Origin: an uncultured Gammaproteobacteria bacterium
GTDB taxonomy: Bacteria > Patescibacteriota > Microgenomatia > UBA8517 > JACQJR01
Reading direction: 5' to 3'
Length of the DNA stretch: 64,000 nt
Assembly (NCBI GenBank): GCA_964442455.1
Contig: CAYTZB010000006.1
Location: forward strand, 9,532-73,531
Below, one piece after another: positions 1-8,390 of this stretch. Numbering within the stretch: position 1 is the stretch's first letter; every line of letters starts with the position of its first letter. The position numbers and the translations under genes were made by a program. The notes below the pieces were generated by a model. That model ran no database searches. It saw nothing but the letters and a program-made list of their open reading frames with translations, and was not told the origin of the DNA.

Positions 1-422
1 ACTAACAAAAATCCTGCTAAAACATTTGGATGAGGGAAGGTAGCGTAAGGACGAAGCAAATCTTGCCCATTAATATTAATAAGAGCAATTCCAGGCGTAT
101 TAGCGTCGAATGTCCGCTCTCCTAAAAACCAAAATAGACCACCCAAGGTGTGCTGCAGCGCAAATTGCCCCCAGGCAATTAAAGAAGAGTAAATAAGTGC
201 AATGCTTAGGGGAATAAAAAAATTGTGATTAGTAATTAGTAATTTGTAATTAGCGAAGACATAAAATCCAAACAGGGTAAATTCGATAAGCTTAACTAAC
301 TTATAAAGCGCAGCACCGCTATTATGGGCAACAAAAAGAGAAGTAATTAGTAAATAGAAAATAGTAATGAAAAAGAAAATAGTTGCATGGTTAAATGGTT
401 GAATAGTTGAAATCTTAGCCAT
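1..422 (-). CDS. Polytopic membrane protein, 3' part truncated by the window edge; possibly O-antigen-ligase-like (Wzy_C)
   Basis: Reverse-strand ORF starting at ATG 422 (MAKISTIQPFNHATIFFFITIFYLL...) and running off the window. Several hydrophobic helices. RPYATFPHPNVLAG loop resembles the conserved periplasmic motif of the Wzy_C/O-antigen ligase family. Not in the ORF track because there is no stop inside the window. Confidence 0.4.
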   Translation of the reverse strand, partial: MAKISTIQPFNHATIFFFITIFYLLITSLFVAHNSGAALYKLVKLIEFTLFGFYVFANYKLLITNHNFFIPLSIALIYSSLIAWGQFALQHTLGGLFWFLGERTFDANTPGIALININGQDLLRPYATFPHPNVLAGFLL

Positions 423-652
423 GTAGCCATGTAGCAATTTAACAATTACTTTTCTTCCTTCCCACCACCAGGTAACGATTACCCCAACCACCAAGATATC
501 TGTCAAATACACTGTGGGTGCTAAATAATCGACTCTAATCCCAAATACTGTTGCAAAGCTAGGCCAAAAGTGGAAACCGAGCTGTGTGGGAAGGAGAAGT
601 ATAAGAAGCCAAAAAAGCTTACTATGGAGCGGGGGGATTATTTTTTGACTGT

Positions 653-1132
653 TCACTGTTCACTGTTCACTGTTTTCGGTTTTACTACTATAAATCTCTC
701 TCTTCCTTCTCCTTGTGACTCGGTAGTCACCTCCTTATTTTCGGAGAGCGCGAGATGAACCAGGCGACGCTCATATGGGGTGAGATTATAAATTGGCTGG
801 GGAGCGCCAGTCTCTTTTGCCAGAGCGGCCGCGTGCTGCGCCAATTGAGTCACCACTTCATTGCGACGCTCTCGCCATCCGTCAACATCTACCACCAGAC
901 GCACTTTTTCACCATACTTTTTGTACGCAATCACGGAAAGTACGGTTTGAAGCGCTGCAAGTGTTCTACCATGATACCCTATGAGGAGGGCCGGGATTTC
1001 AGTCGAAACGTTTAAATGCACAACCCCTTCCGTATCCTTTTCCCCTCGTACCGTCCCTTTTACATCCACGAGTCTTAAAATTTCCTCTAAAACCCCTTTC
1101 ATTTGTGTAATATTGTCAGATGAACTTTGCAT
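653..1132 (-). CDS. jag: Jag/SpoIIIJ-associated RNA-binding protein (KH + R3H domains)
   Basis: KH-like IGYHGRTLAALQ and R3H-like LTPYERRLVHLAL motifs. Immediately downstream of yidC, as in the conserved rnpA-yidC-jag operon. Confidence 0.8.
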   Translation of the reverse strand: MQSSSDNITQMKGVLEEILRLVDVKGTVRGEKDTEGVVHLNVSTEIPALLIGYHGRTLAALQTVLSVIAYKKYGEKVRLVVDVDGWRERRNEVVTQLAQHAAALAKETGAPQPIYNLTPYERRLVHLALSENKEVTTESQGEGRERFIVVKPKTVNSEQ

Positions 1133-1136
1133 ACGC

Positions 1137-1943
1137 TTATTTTATCAGACCAAACCGACGGGCAAGGGGTGTCAATCCTCCCCATCCCGACATTAAGTAT
1201 TGCTGCACCATTTGGAAGGCAGAAAAGACAACCCAATAGAGAACCAGTCCTGAGGGAAATTGAAATCCAATGACCAGCGTCATAAGAGGGAAAATCCACA
1301 ACATCGACTGTTGCATGGAGACGGCGAGGTCATCAGCAGCGCCGGGGGTCTTTTTGGCAACTTTTGCTTCCTTTGTTACCTCGGGCATCATCATTTTTGA
1401 AGAGAGAAGTTGAACAACAGCAGAGAGGAAAAGAAAAATACCAGGGAGGGGGAGAGGAAGGAAAGAAAGACGGAATACATCAGGACGCAGGAGGTCGAGA
1501 TACAAAAATCGGGTACTCACGACTGCATCCTCGGGCAAACGCAATAACGGCCACAAGAATTCATTTATCTTTGTACCTACTAGGGAATCAGCGGCTAAAG
1601 TCTTTAAAAATACTTGGAAAAGTGCAATAAGAATAACTACCTGGATAATCTGCGGAAGACATCCTGCTGCAGGATTGACATTGTGTTGCTTGTATAACTC
1701 CATTTGCGCCTGGGCAAGTTTGGTCTTGTCATCCTTGTGTCGCTGTTTAAGGCGTTCAAGATAGGGAGCAAGTTCTCTCATTTTTTGTGCTGTGCGAAGA
1801 CTTGGAAGGGTAAGGGGAATAAGCAGAAAACGGATAAAAATGGTAAACAAAACAATTGCAACACCCAAGTTCCCACTTATCTTATAGAAAAGGATAAGGC
1901 CATTGAGGAGTGGATGTAAGAAAAGTGTATCCCAGATGTTCAT
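1137..1943 (-). CDS. yidC: Membrane protein insertase YidC/Oxa1 family (short form)
   Basis: Multi-TM 268-aa protein with a conserved YidC core (LLIPLTLPSLRTAQKMRELAPYLERLKQ..., NPAAGCLPQIIQ). Position matches the rpmH-rnpA-yidD-yidC operon. Confidence 0.85.
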   Translation of the reverse strand: MNIWDTLFLHPLLNGLILFYKISGNLGVAIVLFTIFIRFLLIPLTLPSLRTAQKMRELAPYLERLKQRHKDDKTKLAQAQMELYKQHNVNPAAGCLPQIIQVVILIALFQVFLKTLAADSLVGTKINEFLWPLLRLPEDAVVSTRFLYLDLLRPDVFRLSFLPLPLPGIFLFLSAVVQLLSSKMMMPEVTKEAKVAKKTPGAADDLAVSMQQSMLWIFPLMTLVIGFQFPSGLVLYWVVFSAFQMVQQYLMSGWGGLTPLARRFGLIK

Positions 1944-1948
1944 AGATT

Positions 1949-2224
1949 TTAGTGAATTGTTGAATGGTTTAATGGTTCAATAGTTCGCTTTCTAGGAACA
2001 GGATCATACCCGCCTTTTGCAAGAGGATGGCAGCGCCCGAGCCGTTTTATACCCAACCACACACCCTTTAGCCCATACATTTTTACTGCCTCCTCAAAAT
2101 AAACGGAGCATGTGGGGTTATATCGACAAGCCCAAGCAGTTCCAGTTAGGTAATTAATAACAGGAGAAATTAAACTTCTATAAAATTTTACTAAATACGT
2201 AATACTTGATACTTTATACTTCAT
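1949..2224 (-). CDS. yidD: Membrane protein insertion efficiency factor YidD
   Basis: YRSLISP...[10 protein letters not shown]...[15 protein letters not shown] matches the YidD/haemolytic-domain signature. Lies between rnpA and yidC. Confidence 0.8.
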   Translation of the reverse strand: MKYKVSSITYLVKFYRSLISPVINYLTGTAWACRYNPTCSVYFEEAVKMYGLKGVWLGIKRLGRCHPLAKGGYDPVPRKRTIEPLNHSTIH

Positions 2225-2228
2225 ACTT

Positions 2229-2576
2229 TTACTTCTCTTTCAGTACTCCTGCACGCTGTAATGCCGAGTTCAGTTGTGTGCCAACTTCTTCATATGATGC
2301 ATGAAGCAGTGCTCTCTTTGCAAGTAGCACGCACAGCGTCCCCTTTTCTATCTTCTCAATCACGTGCCGTGTCGTCTCACGTAATAACCGCTTTGCCCTA
2401 TTGCGCTCATGTGCTTTTTTCGAAATTTTATTGGAAACAATAAACCCAAACCGGGGTACATCATCACCTTGTTTAAGGTGTGCTAATCCGAAGAGGGGAG
2501 TCTGCACTATTGTCCCTCTCTCTAACACTTGGACAAATTCTTGCTTTGCTCTCAACCTGCTCGTAGGAGGCAACAT
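2229..2576 (-). CDS. rnpA: Ribonuclease P protein component
   Basis: 115-aa basic protein with RnpA-like motifs ([33 protein letters not shown]). Directly downstream of rpmH. Confidence 0.8.
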   Translation of the reverse strand: MLPPTSRLRAKQEFVQVLERGTIVQTPLFGLAHLKQGDDVPRFGFIVSNKISKKAHERNRAKRLLRETTRHVIEKIEKGTLCVLLAKRALLHASYEEVGTQLNSALQRAGVLKEK

Positions 2577-2591
2577 GTGCGTGGAGGGAGA

Positions 2592-2729
2592 CTATACCGT
2601 GAGTTGATATCTTCCCTTTATTCTTCTCCTTTTCAACACATTCCTGCCGGATTTCGTTTTCATCCGAACCCTAAAACCGTGCGTTCTCGCGCGACGCCTC
2701 TTATGTGGTTGATACGTTCGTTTTGGCAT
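2592..2729 (-). CDS. rpmH: 50S ribosomal protein L34
   Basis: Manual translation of the reverse strand gives [45 protein letters not shown], a classical L34 sequence. Below the 60-aa cutoff of the ORF track. Divergent from dnaA. Confidence 0.85.
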   Translation of the reverse strand: MPKRTYQPHKRRRARTHGFRVRMKTKSGRNVLKRRRIKGRYQLTV

Positions 2730-2890
2730 ACAATAAATTGTACATTGTAAATTGTTAATTGTAAATTGTTAATTGTTTCGCCTTTTTTTCTTCTTGACTA
2801 AGTGTGGATAACTTCGTTGATAATAGTCTACGTTTACCCCTTCAACTGCTCCTCGCACAAAAGAAGGGATACTGCCTCATTTACTAAACC
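2730..2890. promoter_or_regulatory. rpmH-dnaA divergent promoter / origin-associated region with a perfect DnaA box
   Basis: Perfect TGTGGATAA (reverse complement of TTATCCACA) at 2803-2811. Upstream AT-rich tandem units (taaattgttaattg x2). Classical rpmH<->dnaA arrangement. Confidence 0.6.
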
Positions 2891-4291
2891 ATGAAAGAGT
2901 ATGAGTTGCTATGGAAACAGGTATTAGATGTCGTGCGAGTCTCGGTTTCGACCGCGGCATTCTCTACGTGGTTTGCACACACGTTTATCGTACACAACAA
3001 GGAAGTAACACCTGAGCGTCAATCTATTGAAATTGGTTGCCCCTCTCCCTATGTGCGCGATACCCTAGAGCGACGCTATTTTGGTATTATCCAAGACTCA
3101 CTGCAGCAAATCAGTGGAAAGATAAATGATGTTGTGTTCATAGTAAAACCCAAACCGCACACTTCCTCCTCACCACCAGATTTTTCTCCTTTATTTCATC
3201 ATAAAGAATACGACGAGAAGGAACTTGCTTCCCGTTTCACAAAAACAGGCTTACTTCCGGGATTTACCTTCTCAAACTTTGCGGTATCTCCCTCTAATCA
3301 ACTTGCCTGGGCAGCAGCTCAAGCTGTCGCGAAAAATCCCGGAAGAGCCTATAATCCTCTTTTTGTTTGGGGTGGAGTAGGGGTGGGGAAAACCCATCTT
3401 GCCTCTGCCATTGGGCATGAAATACTCAAAACCTCACCTGATATAAAAGTTCTTTATGCAACCGGCGAGGAGTTTATGGTAGGAATTATTGACGCAATTC
3501 GCACCAAAACCACAAATGAATTTAAAAAACGATACAGAAATATTGATGTTTTAGTGATAGACGATATCCAATTTATTGCCGGCAAACCAACCGTCCAGGA
3601 TGAATTTTTCCACACTTTTAATGTAATTCAACGAGCTGGCGGTCAGATTATTGTCACAAGCGACAGACCCCCCCGAGAAATCCCGAAGCTTGCCGACAGA
3701 CTCAAAAACAGATTTGAAGCAGGACTTATCGTCGATATTGCGCCCCCTGACTTTGAATTACGGTGTGCGATTTTTATTATCAAAGCAAAGGAGCAGGGAA
3801 TTGCACTCAGTATGGATACTATTCAACTCGTCGCCATGCATATTCTCTCGCCAAGAGAATTAGAGGGATTTTTAACTCGTTTACAATCACGCACCGTCCT
3901 TACAAATACGCCAATTACTGATACATTAATTAAAGAATTACTTAATATAAGAGGAAAAGCAACACAAGGGTTAACCTTTTTACTAGAAGAGGATGGGGTA
4001 GTACGGATTACTCCTCAAAATGTGGTATCTACCGTATGTACGTACTTTTCTATTCCTAAAAAAACTCTTGTTTCTCCAACACGGACAAAAACAATCGCGT
4101 TTCCTCGTCAAATTCTCATGTATTTACTTCGCACAGAACTTAAATTACCATTGGAAGAAATAGGAAAAATCTTAGGAGGAAGAGACCATACAACCATTCT
4201 TTATGGTGTTGAAAAAATAAATTCACTTTTACCAAAATCGAGTGAAGTTGAACAACATATTTTGGGGATTAAAAAACAATTGTGGGGATAA
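2891..4291 (+). CDS. dnaA: Chromosomal replication initiator protein DnaA
   Basis: Walker A GVGVGKTHL, AAA+ motifs and a C-terminal DNA-binding domain. 466 aa. Standard position. Confidence 0.95.
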   Translation: MKEYELLWKQVLDVVRVSVSTAAFSTWFAHTFIVHNKEVTPERQSIEIGCPSPYVRDTLERRYFGIIQDSLQQISGKINDVVFIVKPKPHTSSSPPDFSPLFHHKEYDEKELASRFTKTGLLPGFTFSNFAVSPSNQLAWAAAQAVAKNPGRAYNPLFVWGGVGVGKTHLASAIGHEILKTSPDIKVLYATGEEFMVGIIDAIRTKTTNEFKKRYRNIDVLVIDDIQFIAGKPTVQDEFFHTFNVIQRAGGQIIVTSDRPPREIPKLADRLKNRFEAGLIVDIAPPDFELRCAIFIIKAKEQGIALSMDTIQLVAMHILSPRELEGFLTRLQSRTVLTNTPITDTLIKELLNIRGKATQGLTFLLEEDGVVRITPQNVVSTVCTYFSIPKKTLVSPTRTKTIAFPRQILMYLLRTELKLPLEEIGKILGGRDHTTILYGVEKINSLLPKSSEVEQHILGIKKQLWG

Positions 4292-4438
4292 TATATGTTT
4301 ATTCTCCACAGTTTATTTATTAATCAACAATAATTATTAACAAATAGTTAGGCGTCCTATCCACAACTAAAAATGTGCGTAGATTGCGCTCACTTATCCA
4401 AATATCAACAATACCAACAACAATAACAATTAATATTT
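4292..4438. promoter_or_regulatory. Candidate oriC (dnaA-dnaN spacer) with DnaA-box cluster and AT-rich unwinding region
   Basis: TTCTCCACA (4302-4310), CTATCCACA (4357-4365) and TTATCCAAA (4395-4403) are each one mismatch from TTATCCACA. TGTGGGGATAA spans the dnaA stop (4281-4291). The spacer is very AT-rich. Confidence 0.55.
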
Positions 4439-5536
4439 ATGAAATTTTCAATATTACAAGAAGAATTTGAAAAGGGGATAAATACAGTATATCGTTTTAT
4501 AAACCCTCGTCCTCAACTTCCAATTCTTTCTCATATTCTTATGACATTAGAAAAAGGAAGAATGCGGTTGTGTACTACTAATCTTGAAGGGGGAATAAAT
4601 TATTGGTTAGGAGTAAAAATAGAAAAAGAAGGAAGTATTACTATACCTGCGCGAACACTTCTTGAGGTAGTAGGAAGTTTACCAACAGGAAAAATTGATA
4701 TAGAAGAAAATAATGGAGTACTTACTATTGCCTGTGCTGGTTCTTTAATTACCATTCCTACTACTCCTGCGAATGAATTTCCTAGTGTACTTTATACACT
4801 TCCAAAACAACACAGTACCTTTGAGAACGAATTATTTACTAAAATAACTCAACAGGTGGTATGGGCCGCTGGAGGAGATGAGACAAAACCAGTATTCACA
4901 GGGTTGTTATTTCTTCCGAGAGAAGAGGGAATAATGTTAGTCGCAACAGACGGGGTGCGTCTCTCTCGAAAAACAATTAAAACCTCAACTTCTCTCTCTA
5001 CTAAAATACTTATCCCCGCACGAATTATTGCTGAAATTCCAAAAATTTTTACCAACACGAAAGTTATTTCTCTTGCGCTTCAAGAAGAGGAAAATCAGGT
5101 TTTATTTGGAAGTGATGATGTAGTGGTTGCAGTAAAGTTACTCGAAGGCGAATTCCCAGACTTTGAAAAAATAATCCCTTCTTCTTGGAGTACGACTGTC
5201 CTCCTTGAGAAAGAAGAGTTACAGCGAGCACTTCGCCTTTCTTCAATTTTTGCAAAAGATTTTATTGTTAAGTTTCAATTTAATGCTCGGGAATGTACGC
5301 TTACATCCGAAGACGCTCAAACAGGTACACAAACAACCGCGTTATCAGGGAAGGTCGAAGGAGAGGAAATAAGTATTTCGTTTAATTGGAGGTTTATCCA
5401 TGAATTTCTTACGGCAGTAGAAGGAGAGGAAGTGCAGTTTCGTTTTGTCAGTCCCACCTCGCCTGGTGTGTTTGTTGACCCTAAAGACGAAAGCTTTCTT
5501 CATCTCATCATGCCCATTAGGACCAATAGCGAGTGA
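4439..5536 (+). CDS. dnaN: DNA polymerase III beta sliding clamp
   Basis: 365-aa protein with a three-domain clamp-like sequence. Immediately downstream of dnaA. Confidence 0.9.
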   Translation: MKFSILQEEFEKGINTVYRFINPRPQLPILSHILMTLEKGRMRLCTTNLEGGINYWLGVKIEKEGSITIPARTLLEVVGSLPTGKIDIEENNGVLTIACAGSLITIPTTPANEFPSVLYTLPKQHSTFENELFTKITQQVVWAAGGDETKPVFTGLLFLPREEGIMLVATDGVRLSRKTIKTSTSLSTKILIPARIIAEIPKIFTNTKVISLALQEEENQVLFGSDDVVVAVKLLEGEFPDFEKIIPSSWSTTVLLEKEELQRALRLSSIFAKDFIVKFQFNARECTLTSEDAQTGTQTTALSGKVEGEEISISFNWRFIHEFLTAVEGEEVQFRFVSPTSPGVFVDPKDESFLHLIMPIRTNSE

Positions 5537-6112
5537 CTAGAATTTTTGGGGATATGAGGTTGAAAATTCTTGTCCTAGCGACGCCTGGAATTGTTCAAAA
5601 CCCATTGGAGTAAAATACCATACCTCAAGTACTGTTCCATCAGTGGGATTTGCAAGGGCGGCCACGCCGCGAGAAGAAAACACATGGAGCGTAAACCCTG
5701 CGGTGGCGTGTGGACCATACAGGAGGGCTTCAGGCGCACCGTACGTATCAAGGTATGATGAGAGTGTTACTTCACTGCTTGTTATCTGTTCTTTAATCAA
5801 TGAGGTTGTTGTTCCGGTAAAAAATACTTCGTTGTTGCGTACTTTGCTTCCTGATGGATATATAAACACGGTAGAGGAATTTTCCGTTCTTGTTTCCCTA
5901 GGTTGACCTAGTTTATGTGCCACCTCTTCTTGTGAAGTTTGACCGGGGGTAATTCCTCTCCATGAGGGAGATTGAGAGATAGGACTGGGGGATGGGGCGA
6001 CTTCTCCACCCTTTTCTTGCGTAAAAAGGAAAATGCCGAGAAGGGCGAATGCGAGGGCAGCAAGAACAATAAAAAGCCAGTGTTTCTTGAAAAAGGAGGT
6101 AATGACTCCCAT
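5537..6112 (-). CDS. Membrane-anchored (N-terminal TM) extracytoplasmic protein, unknown function; first gene of the T4SS-like locus
   Basis: N-terminal hydrophobic helix (WLFIVLAALAFALLGIFLF) followed by a Ser/Pro-rich linker. Its stop and the start of the 6114-8390 gene are 2 bp apart. Confidence 0.45.
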   Translation of the reverse strand: MGVITSFFKKHWLFIVLAALAFALLGIFLFTQEKGGEVAPSPSPISQSPSWRGITPGQTSQEEVAHKLGQPRETRTENSSTVFIYPSGSKVRNNEVFFTGTTTSLIKEQITSSEVTLSSYLDTYGAPEALLYGPHATAGFTLHVFSSRGVAALANPTDGTVLEVWYFTPMGFEQFQASLGQEFSTSYPQKF

Positions 6113-6113
6113 G

Positions 6114-8390
6114 TTAATATTCTACTCCACCAAAAATAGTAGTGCGTGCAAATTGGTAGTGGAGAGGATATTCACTGGGGTAGGTAATAAAACAACCACC
6201 GCATCCACGAAACGCGAGATTCCCCCACACAGGATATATCCCTATCATCTCAGCAAAATCTTCATCAGTAGATTTGCCAAGCGGATAGCTCTTAATAAAC
6301 CCTTCTTGGGCAGCTATTCCTGAATCAATAAACTGTATGTATGCTCTCCCAAATCTGTTTGCATACGCGTGCCCCCCCTCATGCGCGAGGGTATAGGTCG
6401 CGTTCGTAGACCATAAAAGTCCTCGGTTATAAATTTTAATTGTTGAAGAACGTGCTTCAAATTCCCCGCCCCAACTCACATCTTCTCTACTCCGTACTAA
6501 GTGAATTATCGGTCCATTATTTTCTCCACAGAGTGCTTTAATAAATGTAGGAGCGCGCGCAAGATTAAAGATGGCTTCGGTCTCCATTGCTCTCTCATCA
6601 TCTGTCCATGGTCCCTCAAACGTAAAGCAAAAAGTGGGCGGAGAGCCAATTGTGACTGATGCTGCTCCTCTACTCGTTTCCCCTGAAAGGTTTACATCGG
6701 GAACATCGGCGGTGACGGTAACAATGTCGGAGAGGATGCTATCGATAAAGTCGGCAGTTACTTGGATAGTATAGGCGAGTGTGAACGACTCGCCGGGCTG
6801 AAGCTCCTTCGGATAGGAAGGGAGTGTCACATCCAACCCTAGGGATCCTCCGCTTTTTAAATGGGTTGTTTGATTAGTTACCGTAATATTAGTGAGTTTT
6901 TGCTCGGTTGCGGTTACTTTCACTTCAAAGGAAACCTCCCTTGGGAGATCGGTATTGGAGAGGACCGTTGGTGTGGCAGTTTTCTCAACATTAATAAATT
7001 GTGAGTTTTGTTCGGCTAAACCTAGTCCACCTTGTTCAAGGTACGCACCCTGGTGACTTATAGAGGTATTGAAGAAGGTGAGGATTACTGTTAGAAGTAT
7101 TGCAGCAACTGCAACCAACGCCACAACGGTACCTCCTGAGATTCCCACTCCCGCTGCTACTCCTCCAACCGCAGTAGTTCCACCGCCAACCCCTCCTACT
7201 CCAGCGAGTCTTCCTAAAAAACCAAAAGTGCCACGCCCAACACCTCCTAAAGCTCCGAACCCTCCACGCAGTCCTCCGCTCAGCAGTTGTTGCCCTGGAC
7301 CAACTGCCAACTGCGCTGTGGCTCTCCCGACCTGGGGGAACAAGGTTCGTCCCACATAATAGGGGAATTTCCGTGCCCAAATACTTACTTGTGAGATAAT
7401 GTTTTTGCGTCCAGAGATAAGTGTTTGTGCAACTTCTTTGGTGGCGCCAGAGACTGTAGGTTCTTTAGTAGGAGGTGGAAAGAATCGCTCAAATTTAGTA
7501 ATTTGCTGTGTTGCCCTCGAAATAACTACACGGAAAGTTTGTATGCCTTGTTCTTTTACTTCTACCTCGGGTTTTTCTGGTCTTGTCGGTGGTTCTTTTG
7601 AGATAACAACATGACTTACTTGGGTAATGGGCCCCAATTGCGCAAGAAGCGGCAAGATGCGAGGATGGCGTTCAATTTGGCGCAATACGGTTACCTGGTT
7701 GAGTAGGGCAGACACTACTGCCCGCTCACTCAAAGGGGTTGTTTTTTGAAAGCTCTCGACGGCGGCTTCCAGCGTTCCAGACGTAACCCCTATTTGTTCA
7801 AACACCAGAGCATTCGCTGTTTGTGGGGTTTTACCAAATGCTTCTTCACCTAACGCTTGTATGCTGCGCGCTGCTTGAGCGGGAAACGCTGAGACAACGC
7901 CGGAAATTCCTTTTGTAATGGGTGTTGTAGCCTGGATATAAAGCTCTGTAATTCCCTCTTCTGTTGTGGATACTGGGGGTTTCTCGGGTAAGGATGGTGT
8001 TACTCTTGCTGGTCTTGGCATTTCTGGTTGCTGCGCAACTTCGTTTACATACTGTTCTTTGAGTCGCTCTTTGGTTAGCAGTACTCGAATTTTTCTAATG
8101 GTTTCTTCTGTTTGTTCTTTTGCACGAGCACGCGCTCCCGCTACTTCTTGTTTTCGTTCTTCTAATGCTTCAACCAGTTCTTTTAAGTTCGGAGGAATAG
8201 TAAATGCGAGTTCTCCATTTGCAACTTTTTCAAGTACTTTTAATGCTTCTGTGATGTCTTCTTGGTTGGTTACTTGTGTAACAATCCAAAGGAATTCCCC
8301 CCTGGGTATTCCTTGCCATTCAAAGAGGCTCGAGTTAACTTGAAGCGCTTGTGTTCCCGCAATTAAAAACTGGGCAAGTTCTGGATTCAT
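6114..8390 (-). CDS. Bitopic membrane protein: about 400-aa cytoplasmic N-domain, Gly-rich segment, one TM, extracytoplasmic domain with HEGGH zincin-like motif
   Basis: 758 aa. TM helix GGTVVALVAVAAILLTVILTFF preceded by a Gly-rich low-complexity stretch. C-terminal HEGGHAY (HExxH) with downstream acidic residues (DEDFAE). Start overlaps the virB4 stop by 4 bp (ATGA), implying co-translation. Confidence 0.5.
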   Translation of the reverse strand: MNPELAQFLIAGTQALQVNSSLFEWQGIPRGEFLWIVTQVTNQEDITEALKVLEKVANGELAFTIPPNLKELVEALEERKQEVAGARARAKEQTEETIRKIRVLLTKERLKEQYVNEVAQQPEMPRPARVTPSLPEKPPVSTTEEGITELYIQATTPITKGISGVVSAFPAQAARSIQALGEEAFGKTPQTANALVFEQIGVTSGTLEAAVESFQKTTPLSERAVVSALLNQVTVLRQIERHPRILPLLAQLGPITQVSHVVISKEPPTRPEKPEVEVKEQGIQTFRVVISRATQQITKFERFFPPPTKEPTVSGATKEVAQTLISGRKNIISQVSIWARKFPYYVGRTLFPQVGRATAQLAVGPGQQLLSGGLRGGFGALGGVGRGTFGFLGRLAGVGGVGGGTTAVGGVAAGVGISGGTVVALVAVAAILLTVILTFFNTSISHQGAYLEQGGLGLAEQNSQFINVEKTATPTVLSNTDLPREVSFEVKVTATEQKLTNITVTNQTTHLKSGGSLGLDVTLPSYPKELQPGESFTLAYTIQVTADFIDSILSDIVTVTADVPDVNLSGETSRGAASVTIGSPPTFCFTFEGPWTDDERAMETEAIFNLARAPTFIKALCGENNGPIIHLVRSREDVSWGGEFEARSSTIKIYNRGLLWSTNATYTLAHEGGHAYANRFGRAYIQFIDSGIAAQEGFIKSYPLGKSTDEDFAEMIGIYPVWGNLAFRGCGGCFITYPSEYPLHYQFARTTIFGGVEY

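Noticed and set aside
570-1015. Plus-strand ORFs 570-758, 755-1015, 793-984
   Set aside because: All antisense to jag or spanning its terminator repeat. No motifs. Shadow ORFs.
7036-7380. Pro-rich and Cys/Trp-rich ORFs antisense to the 6114-8390 gene (7036-7380 minus frame, 7069-7359 plus)
   Set aside because: They arise from the reverse complement of the Gly-rich (GGN-repeat) coding segment. Low-complexity shadow ORFs.
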